Source of the DNA: Nannocystales bacterium
GTDB taxonomy: Bacteria > Myxococcota_A > Polyangia > Nannocystales > Nannocystaceae
Assembly (NCBI GenBank): GCA_050633305.1
Contig: JBOEGF010000004.1
Coordinates: forward strand, 160,001 to 224,000
Direction: 5' to 3'
DNA: 64,000 nt
The position numbers were made by a program, and so were the translations under genes. The notes under the pieces were generated by a model. That model was not told where the DNA came from, searched no databases, and saw nothing but the letters and a program-made list of their open reading frames with translations. This document shows, piece by piece, positions 10,196 through 20,114 of this stretch (position 1 is its first letter; each line of letters begins with the position of its first letter).

Positions 10196-11158
10196 CTAGA
10201 ACCGGACAGAGGCCGACGCACCGCCGCCACGAGGCAACAACGACGGACCGAATCCGGCGAGGTGCGGGCGGGTGGGGGCCGAAGCGTTCTTGTCGCCAAC
10301 CTTGGCGCGCTTGGCCTTTTGGCGCTTGAGACCGACGACCAACAAGCCAACGCCGACGCCGGTCACGACCGCACCGCCCACGAGCAGGGCGATGGTGGCG
10401 GTGTTGTTGCCAGGCAGGCGAGTCTGGTCGAGGTTGAAGACCTCGTCGTCGCTGTAGTTTCCGTCGGGGAAACCGGTGTCCCCTGGGGACGCGAGAGAAG
10501 CGAGGCGGTTGGCCTTGGCACGTGCGAGACCGACCGAGACGCCGCTGCCGATCAGGGTCGCGCCGCCGACGGCGGTGAGAATGATGCCGGTCAGAAGAAC
10601 GGGGTCGGTCTTCTTCGCGTCTTTCTCGTCCCGCTCGCGCTCGGACGCTTCCTCGCGCTCGTCCTTCTTGGAGGTGAGCAGCGGCGAGTCCTCGTCGTCC
10701 TCGGTGGCCGGGGTCAACGTCGTTGTCGTGACTGGCGGAGCGGTGGTGGCTGCGGCAGCCTGGGCGCAACCGGAGCGCTCGATCTCGATGAGCTTCTCCT
10801 GCGCGGCTCCACGCTCGGGGTGGTCGGGCACCAGATCGAGGAACCGCTGGAAGGCGGTCTTGGCCTTCGCACAGTCACCGAGCTCGTACGCGGCCGCGCC
10901 GATGTTGAAGTTGAACAGGTGCAGCTGCGGCGCGTAGTAGTTGTAGGCTTCCTCGAACTTGGCGAGGGCGTCGGCATAGCTGCCAGCTTGGAAGGCCGCG
11001 TCGGCCTCACCGTACAGGCCCTTGGCCCGCTCCATCTTCTGGTCCTCGGTCATGGAGGCAGGATCTGGAGAGCCCGCGGGCTGCGCCGCGAATGCGGCGG
11101 AGGGAAGCGAGAGCGCCGTGGCGAGCGCGACGGCGATGGGGGCGTTCATCGAAAACAT
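10196..11158 (-). CDS. Exported TPR protein with C-terminal hydrophobic helices
   Basis: Signal peptide; TPR pattern AKGLYGEADAAFQAGSYADALAKFEEAY...FNIGAAAYELG..AKAKTAFQRFL; two Gly-rich TM segments. Confidence 0.8.
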   Translation of the reverse strand: MFSMNAPIAVALATALSLPSAAFAAQPAGSPDPASMTEDQKMERAKGLYGEADAAFQAGSYADALAKFEEAYNYYAPQLHLFNFNIGAAAYELGDCAKAKTAFQRFLDLVPDHPERGAAQEKLIEIERSGCAQAAAATTAPPVTTTTLTPATEDDEDSPLLTSKKDEREEASERERDEKDAKKTDPVLLTGIILTAVGGATLIGSGVSVGLARAKANRLASLASPGDTGFPDGNYSDDEVFNLDQTRLPGNNTATIALLVGGAVVTGVGVGLLVVGLKRQKAKRAKVGDKNASAPTRPHLAGFGPSLLPRGGGASASVRF

Positions 11159-11164
11159 GTGGGT

Positions 11165-11908
11165 CTAACCGAACGGGTTGACGGTGGAAGACTTCTTCTT
11201 CGAGCCGGAAGTCTTCTTCTTCGCGGGCCGAGTCCCGCTCCTCTTCTTCTTCTTTTTCTTCTTCTTGGTCACCGGCTTGGGTGCGTCGGCAGCCGGCGTC
11301 TCGCCAGGCGTGCCAGCGGCCGGGACCGCGCCGGGCGTACCCGGTGCTGGCGTTGCGCCAGGCGTCGTGGGAGTGCCAGCAGCTGCGGGTGTACCTGGGG
11401 CGCCGGGCGTCCCTGGAACTGCGCCGGGCGTACCGGGAACCGCCCCGGCGACCGCGGGGGTTCCCGCTGCGGGTGGGGTCGCTCCTGGGGCTGGAGGGGG
11501 AGCCTCGGCAGGCTTCTTCTCGCCGTCCGCGGCGTCGGCCTTTTGCTCCGTCTTGTCGTCCTTCTCCGCGACTTGCTCGTCGTCCTTACCGCCGAGGACG
11601 ATGATCGCAGCGACACCGATCGCAGCAATTGCGCCTCCGATGCCGAGACCCAGACCAAGCCCCAGGCCGCCCTTTTTCTCGGGCTCTGGGTAGTCCACCG
11701 GGGTGCCCTGGTGTGGGGCAACCACGTTGGCCCCGCCACCTGAGGGTCCCGGAGCCGACGGGGCTGGGCCCACGGTCGTCCCGCCAGGGACGGGTACCGG
11801 CTGTTCTTGTTCTGCCTCTTCGGGCATCGTCGGCGTCATCGCCAACTCATCCACGAGTTGCCCTAGAAGGTCGTCAAACGCGTCCGCGTCTTGTCTTGCG
11901 TTGCTCAC
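11165..11908 (-). CDS. Single-TM Pro/Ala/Gly-rich protein with poly-Lys tract, ending in NPFG
   Basis: GTG start preceded by GGAG; TM GLGLGLGIGGAIAAIGVAAIIVLG; GAVPGTP repeats; KKKKKKKKR. Confidence 0.7.
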   Translation of the reverse strand: MSNARQDADAFDDLLGQLVDELAMTPTMPEEAEQEQPVPVPGGTTVGPAPSAPGPSGGGANVVAPHQGTPVDYPEPEKKGGLGLGLGLGIGGAIAAIGVAAIIVLGGKDDEQVAEKDDKTEQKADAADGEKKPAEAPPPAPGATPPAAGTPAVAGAVPGTPGAVPGTPGAPGTPAAAGTPTTPGATPAPGTPGAVPAAGTPGETPAADAPKPVTKKKKKKKKRSGTRPAKKKTSGSKKKSSTVNPFG

Positions 11909-11967
11909 AACCGTTGCTCCCACTTCCCCTGCACGTGAACCTCGTGTCGAGGTTCCAGTGCGCCGGG

Positions 11968-11997
11968 AGTGTATCCTTTGGGGGGTTTTAGCGACAA
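11968..11997 (-). promoter_or_regulatory. Putative sigma70-type promoter for the 11908/11158 genes
   Basis: Minus strand TTGTCG-N18-TACACT in an AT-richer intergenic patch. Confidence 0.4.
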
Positions 11998-12127
11998 GGG
12001 ATCGACAAGCGAAGGTCCGAAATTGAACCGCGCTCGGTGTAGGGACGTGGGAGATAACATCCACACATCGCCGGGGAATGTCTTGCGACGATCGCGAGGG
12101 GGGGGTGTGCTGCTCATGGTCTCTTCG

Positions 12128-13177
12128 TCATGGCGCCGCGGAGGATGGGACGTCGCGCGAGTGGAATGGCGCCTCAGGCGGGCCGCTGAGGGCTTGTACG
12201 AGGCTCCGGACCCGAAGTACGAGTTCATGGAGCTCGCGGCTCCGGCGACGATTTGGCGCCGGCAGCCCGGTGGCGCGGGGGTGTTGCGGACCGCGCTCGG
12301 ACGGGAGCGAACGCAGATCGCTTGGCCAACTGAGCACACGGTACACCCGCTCATCCATGTACAGGCGGCGTGACACTTCGAGTTGCAACGCGTGCACCCC
12401 TTCGCTCGGTCTTCCGAATGTTCGAACGATCTCGCCCCCCTGGTAGGGATCGTCGCGGCGAACCGACAGGAGCGAGCGGCGGTCCGGGGCGCCGGCGAGG
12501 GCGCTCATCGCGGTGTTGGAGACCGCGTCCGCGCAGCTCGTTCCCTCGAGCGTGCCCAGCACCAGATCGACACCGACGCTGCCCGGCATGCTGTGGGCAT
12601 CGAGCAGCACCGCGTACCCGAAACGCTTGCGCCGGCGCTCGAGCAAGACCTCGAGTGCGCGGTAGTACGGTCGATGAAACCGAGCGATGCGGGACTCGAA
12701 CGCGGGGTACGACAGCGGCGGCGTCAGGATGCGCGTGGTCCCACGGACTCCCGTCATCGCGGATGCCCACACCACCCCGCGACCCGGCCGGTCCCAGCCG
12801 AGCGGGGCCGGGCTGCCAGGGACTCCTGGTTTCATCCGGGCTCGCGGCGCCGGATGATCTGGCACAAGCTGGCGCGCCACATCATCGTCGGCGCGGTTGA
12901 GATCGACGACCAGGCGAGAAAAGTGGGCGGTGACCGTCGCAGCACCGAGGGTGGGAACGCCCGCGTACAGGGTTTGGACCTCGTAGTCTGCGTTGCGGGA
13001 GAACTCGACCTGCGGCTTGGGGCGTAGCTCGTGGGGCCAGGCAAGACCGACGTGCGGGAAGCTGACCACAAGCGGAGACCAGCTGTGTCCAGGTGCGAAT
13101 TGGAAGGGAATCCGCGCACCTTCAGGCAGGCCGACGTCTTCGGGCGTGAGCTGCTCAAGATGGGCGGGGGGCGTCAT
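12128..13177 (-). CDS. N-formylglutamate amidohydrolase family protein
   Basis: PLVVSFPHVG, ADYEV, SRLVVDLNR, FHRPYY, LLDAHSMP, DLVLG, PYQGG, HALQLEVSRRLYMDE. Confidence 0.9.
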   Translation of the reverse strand: MTPPAHLEQLTPEDVGLPEGARIPFQFAPGHSWSPLVVSFPHVGLAWPHELRPKPQVEFSRNADYEVQTLYAGVPTLGAATVTAHFSRLVVDLNRADDDVARQLVPDHPAPRARMKPGVPGSPAPLGWDRPGRGVVWASAMTGVRGTTRILTPPLSYPAFESRIARFHRPYYRALEVLLERRRKRFGYAVLLDAHSMPGSVGVDLVLGTLEGTSCADAVSNTAMSALAGAPDRRSLLSVRRDDPYQGGEIVRTFGRPSEGVHALQLEVSRRLYMDERVYRVLSWPSDLRSLPSERGPQHPRATGLPAPNRRRSRELHELVLRVRSLVQALSGPPEAPFHSRDVPSSAAP

Positions 13178-13294
13178 CGGGCCAGGCGCAGAGCGGCAGC
13201 ATAGCGAGCGAAACGAGGTTTTGTGGCATTGCTGAGAAAAACCGCCGCAGCCTCGGAAAATCGAGCGCAGAGGCGGTCGTATCCAGTGGACCCG

Positions 13295-13309
13295 TGGCAC
13301 GTCACCGGC
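13295..13309 (+). promoter_or_regulatory. Putative sigma54 (-24/-12) promoter
   Basis: TGGCACG-TCAC-CGGC, with GG and GC at the canonical spacing of TGGCACG-N4-TTGC. Confidence 0.5.
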
Positions 13310-13320
13310 GTCCACCCGCG

Positions 13321-13478
13321 CGCCCCCGAGGCCCGCGCCACACAGTGTGGCACCCGTGAACACCATGGACCCCATGGACACGGGGGACTTGGGTGGGGTG
13401 GATGACGGCGGTTCCGGACCCACCGCTGCGGCGAATCTCTCTTCTTCCTCGGAGGTTCGCTGCGGCGGGGACTTTTTT
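13321..13478 (+). ncRNA. Candidate small regulatory RNA (four stem-loops plus U-tract)
   Basis: Intergenic and opposite in strand to both neighbours; consecutive hairpins at 13337-13351, 13353-13384, 13392-13424 and 13423-13468; T6 at 13473-13478; G-U pairs form only on the + strand. Confidence 0.55.
13423..13478 (+). terminator. Rho-independent terminator-like hairpin
   Basis: 17-bp stem CCGCTGCGGCGAATCTC / GAGGTTCGCTGCGGCGG (3 G-U pairs), 12-nt CU-rich loop, then GGAC-TTTTTT. Confidence 0.7.
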
Positions 13479-13500
13479 GGGGCGGGGTCGCGGGCGGAGG

Positions 13501-16407
<2,907 letters not shown>

Positions 16408-16486
16408 CGTGAGGGAGGAGACTAGCGTGATCCGGGCCAGGAGCGAGGTCGCGCCTGATAGGTCGCGAGGGGTATACCTGCGCGGG

Positions 16487-18298
16487 ATGATGTCGCTTCG
16501 GTTCACCTCGCTCGTTCTGGGGCTGTCGCTGCTTGGCGGTGGGTGCAAGACTGCAGGACCCGGGCCCGGAGCATTGCCGGCCGACCCGGGCGAGACCACA
16601 ACGTCGCAGGCGGCGCGACCTGTCCCGGTGCGAAGGACCATGCCCGCGGGCGAGGCGGATGGGACCCGCGTCGCGCTGGGCACCCAAGGCGCGGTGACCT
16701 GTGCTGAGGCGAGTGCGAGCGAGGTCGGTATTGCGATCATGAAGAAGGGCGGCAATGCCATCGACGCTGCCGTCGCGGTGGGTTTTGCACTGGCGGTCAC
16801 GCATCCCTCTGCCGGCAACATCGGCGGAGGAGGATTCATGGTCGTCCGCATGGCCGACGGCGACACGGCAGCATTCGACTATCGCGAGCAGGCTCCCGCG
16901 GCAGCCACCCGGGACATGTTCCTCGGCCCCGACGGCAAGCCGACGAGAGAGCGCCTGGTGGGACCCAAGGCCGCGGGCATCCCCGGATCGGTCGCTGGTC
17001 TTGCGCTGGCCCACAAGACCTACGGGCAGCTTCCGTGGCGCGACGTCGTGATGCCGGCGGTGGAACTCGCGCGCAACGGCAACGCCCTGGACAGCTTTCA
17101 CGTCGAGGACATCGAGCGCGGGGTGGGGCGCATTCGGGATGCGGGCTACGACGCATCCGCTGCCTTCTATACGAAACCGGATGGCTCGCTGTATGCGGCT
17201 GGAGAGACTTGGAAACAGCCGGTGCTGGCCGCGACCCTCGAGGCGATCGCCGAGGGCGGGCCCCAGGCTTTCTACGAAGGTCCGATCGCGGAAACGATGG
17301 CGGCCGAGAACGCCGCCGCCGGTGGGCTGTGGACCGCGAAGGACCTCGCTGCGTACGAGGCCAAACGGCGCGAGCCGATCGCCTTCGAGTATCGCGGACA
17401 CGACATCATCACGATGCCGCCGCCGTCGGCCGGTGGGGTGGGCCTGTACCAGATGCTGGCCGCGGCCGAGTCGCTCGATCTTGCGTCGAAACCGTGGCGA
17501 AGCGTGGAGGAGGTCCACCTGCACATCGAGATCGCTCGAAGAACGTACGTGGATCGCAACATGCTGTTGGCGGACCCCGACTACGTCAAACTCCCGCTGG
17601 ACCAGCTGATGACCGAGGCCTACGTCGAGGGGCGGCTCGCCGACATCGACCCCGCTCGTGCGACGCCGTCGAGCGAAGTGCACCCTGGCATCCCGCCGAT
17701 CAAGGAGGAGTCGCATCAGACGACACACTTCTCTGTCGTTGATGCTGCCGGCAACGCGGTCTCCAACACGACCACGCTCAACCTGGGCTTCGGCGCGCGG
17801 TTCGTGCTTCCAAGCTCGGGCGTGCTGCTCAACAACGAGATGGACGATTTCTCCACGCAGCCTGGGGCGGCCAACGTGTTCGGACTGGTGCAAGGCGAAC
17901 CGAACAAGATCGAGCCCGGCAAACGCATGCTCAGCTCGATGACCCCCACCATCGTTGCCAAAGACGGAGCGCTGCGAGCCATCGTGGGCAGTCCGGGCGG
18001 GCCCACGATCACCACGACGGTGCTTCAGGTCATCCGCGCCGTTGTCGACTATGGCCTGACGATCGACGAGGCTGTCGCCGCGCCGCGCGTGCATCATCAG
18101 TGGCAGCCCGACAAGGTCTGGGCGGAGAGCGGCATCGGACCCGATCTACAGTCGGGGCTCGAAGCGCTGGGCCACGAGGTGGACGCTCGCCGCTCGTCGA
18201 TGGGGCACGCGAACTGCATCGAGGTCGATCCGGCCAGCGGTGGGTTCCGGGCGGTCGCCGACACGGTCCGCGATGGTGGCAAGGCTGCAGCGTTCTAG
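16487..18298 (+). CDS. ggt: Gamma-glutamyltransferase (lipoprotein signal)
   Basis: GGNAIDAAVA, GNIGGGGFM, DYREQAP, TTHFSVVD nucleophile, LNNEMDDF, PGKRMLSSMTP, GSPGG. Confidence 0.95.
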   Translation: MMSLRFTSLVLGLSLLGGGCKTAGPGPGALPADPGETTTSQAARPVPVRRTMPAGEADGTRVALGTQGAVTCAEASASEVGIAIMKKGGNAIDAAVAVGFALAVTHPSAGNIGGGGFMVVRMADGDTAAFDYREQAPAAATRDMFLGPDGKPTRERLVGPKAAGIPGSVAGLALAHKTYGQLPWRDVVMPAVELARNGNALDSFHVEDIERGVGRIRDAGYDASAAFYTKPDGSLYAAGETWKQPVLAATLEAIAEGGPQAFYEGPIAETMAAENAAAGGLWTAKDLAAYEAKRREPIAFEYRGHDIITMPPPSAGGVGLYQMLAAAESLDLASKPWRSVEEVHLHIEIARRTYVDRNMLLADPDYVKLPLDQLMTEAYVEGRLADIDPARATPSSEVHPGIPPIKEESHQTTHFSVVDAAGNAVSNTTTLNLGFGARFVLPSSGVLLNNEMDDFSTQPGAANVFGLVQGEPNKIEPGKRMLSSMTPTIVAKDGALRAIVGSPGGPTITTTVLQVIRAVVDYGLTIDEAVAAPRVHHQWQPDKVWAESGIGPDLQSGLEALGHEVDARRSSMGHANCIEVDPASGGFRAVADTVRDGGKAAAF

Positions 18299-18984
18299 TG
18301 GGCGTCTCCACCGTCTACCTGTTCGATATCGACGGCACGATCCTCGACGCCCGGGGGGCTGGGCGTCGGGCGATGCAAGCGGGCTTCGAGAGCGTCTGCC
18401 CTGGATGCGGAGACGCGATGCAGGCCGTCCGTTTCGCGGGGATGACCGATCCGGGCATCGCTCGCGCGGCCCTCACCAACGCGGGGCAGCCTGCGGATGA
18501 CGAGCAGATCCAGCGCGTCGTTGGGGCGTACCTCGAGCGGGTCGAGGTCGAGCTGCGCAGCGCCCCTCCTACGGTCTACGACGGGGCTCAAGCGGCCATC
18601 GACCTCGCCCATGCCCAGCCGGGGGCAGCGGTCGGGCTCGGAACGGGAAACCACGTCGATGGGGCGCGGTACAAGCTCGCGACCGTGGGGTTGTGGGCGT
18701 CGTTCTCGTTTGGCGGGTTTGGCAGCGACGCGGAGATCCGAGCCGACATGCTGGCGGTGGGTCGAGACCGAGGCTTGGCGCGGCTGGGTACAACCCTCGC
18801 CCGGACCCGGGTGATCATCATCGGGGATACCCCGCGGGACGTCGAAGCCGCGGCCGCCATCGGAGCGCTTTGCTTGGCCGTGAGTACCGGATCGCACGAC
18901 GCGGACGCGCTGCTACAAGCCGGGGCGGACCGCGTGGTCGACCGCCTCGACCGGCCCGAGGCCCTCGAGTTCCTGGCCGGCTGA
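18298..18984 (+). CDS. HAD-superfamily hydrolase (phosphoglycolate phosphatase-like)
   Basis: LFDIDGT motif I, TGN, IIGDTPRD motif IV; TAGTG overlap with ggt. Confidence 0.9.
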   Translation: MGVSTVYLFDIDGTILDARGAGRRAMQAGFESVCPGCGDAMQAVRFAGMTDPGIARAALTNAGQPADDEQIQRVVGAYLERVEVELRSAPPTVYDGAQAAIDLAHAQPGAAVGLGTGNHVDGARYKLATVGLWASFSFGGFGSDAEIRADMLAVGRDRGLARLGTTLARTRVIIIGDTPRDVEAAAAIGALCLAVSTGSHDADALLQAGADRVVDRLDRPEALEFLAG

Positions 18985-18994
18985 GTCTTTTTTT
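18951..18994 (+). terminator. Possible terminator after the ggt-HAD unit
   Basis: CCGGCC...GGCCGG stem followed after a short spacer by T7 (18988-18994). Confidence 0.35.
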
Positions 18995-19040
18995 GCGTGG
19001 TGGCAGGCCGGGACGCCCACTCGTGCGTTGGCCCGCTTGC

Positions 19041-20114
19041 ATGGACCAGATCGGCGACTACGACGTGCTCCGCCCGCTGGGCGAGGGCGGCATGGGGATG
19101 GTCTACGCTGCCAAGGAGCGGCTTTCGGGGCGCGAGGTCGCGCTCAAGACGCTCCGGCCCGAACTTGCGGCGTCCCCGGAGGGCCAGCGGCTGTTCCGCA
19201 GCGAGATGACGATCCTCGCCCACTTGGACCATCCCAACGTCGTTCGCTGCTTGGCGTGCTCCGAGATCGACGGGCAGTTGGTCATGGCGATGGAGTTGCT
19301 CGACGGCCCGAGTTTGCGCGCCATGGTGCAGGACCGAGGCCGGGTTGCCTGGATGACCGCCGTGCAGTGGGTGAGTCAGATCGCCGCCGGCTTGCACGCG
19401 GCCCACTCGCAGGAACCCGCCATCATCCATCGGGACCTCAAGCCCGAGAACGTGTTGATCACCGGGGACGGTGGGACTGCGAAGGTCGCGGATTTTGGGG
19501 TCGCGAAGGTGCTCGAAGCGCTGCATCAGACGACCACGCATTCCGTCGGCACGCTGTCGTACATGAGCCCCGAACAGATCGATGCGGCTCCGGTGGACGC
19601 GCGGGCTGACCTCTACGCGCTGGGTGTCGTGTTCTACGAGTTGCTCGCCGGGGTGCCGCCGTTTCAGAGCGCTTCGCCGCGGGAGCTGCTCAACCTTCAT
19701 TGCACCGCCGCGCCGCCTCCCTTGCCGGACGAGGTGCGGGATGGGCTGCCCAAGGGGGTGGAGCGGCTGGTCTTTTCTCTGTTGGAAAAGCGCCCCGAGG
19801 ACCGCCCGCAGAGCGCTGGAGAGGTCGTCGAGCAACTCGAACCGTTCTCGACCTCGGCGTCGGCGGCAGTGGCTCGAACGACGACAGCGAGCCCGGCGAG
19901 CAAGCCGGCGACTGCGATGCGCCCGGTCGAGTCCTCAGAGCCGGTGGTCAGTACCGATACGATTGCGCTGATCGAGCGGGCAGCGGCACCGGCGACGATC
20001 GGGAACCGGGTGGCTCTCTCCCTTCTTCTCGTCATTACCGCGGTGGGATTCGCGCTGGGGTATGCGAGTCCGTGGTTCACCCCCGCGGCGTCCGGGGTGG
20101 AGGCCTCCCGTTGA
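19041..20114 (+). CDS. Ser/Thr protein kinase with C-terminal TM anchor
   Basis: LGEGGMGMVY, VALK, HRDLKPEN, DFG, GTLSYMSPEQ, DLYALG; TM VALSLLLVITAVGFALGY. Confidence 0.95.
   Translation: MDQIGDYDVLRPLGEGGMGMVYAAKERLSGREVALKTLRPELAASPEGQRLFRSEMTILAHLDHPNVVRCLACSEIDGQLVMAMELLDGPSLRAMVQDRGRVAWMTAVQWVSQIAAGLHAAHSQEPAIIHRDLKPENVLITGDGGTAKVADFGVAKVLEALHQTTTHSVGTLSYMSPEQIDAAPVDARADLYALGVVFYELLAGVPPFQSASPRELLNLHCTAAPPPLPDEVRDGLPKGVERLVFSLLEKRPEDRPQSAGEVVEQLEPFSTSASAAVARTTTASPASKPATAMRPVESSEPVVSTDTIALIERAAAPATIGNRVALSLLLVITAVGFALGYASPWFTPAASGVEASR

Noticed and set aside
11195..11460. (CTT)n tract and GC-rich tandem units as DNA repeats
   Set aside because: Explained by the poly-Lys and GAVPGTP coding repeats of the minus-strand gene
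13405..13425. GGTCCGGAA on the minus strand resembling the SRP RNA core
   Set aside because: The flanking CAGG and GGAAGCAGC elements are absent; the 43507 hairpin lacks them too
19700..20110. N-terminal extension of the cytochrome ORF (similar extensions at 16408-16866, 45788-46645 and 6161-6850)
   Set aside because: They overlap neighbouring real genes; the internal starts fit better, and 20111 gives a 4-nt start/stop overlap
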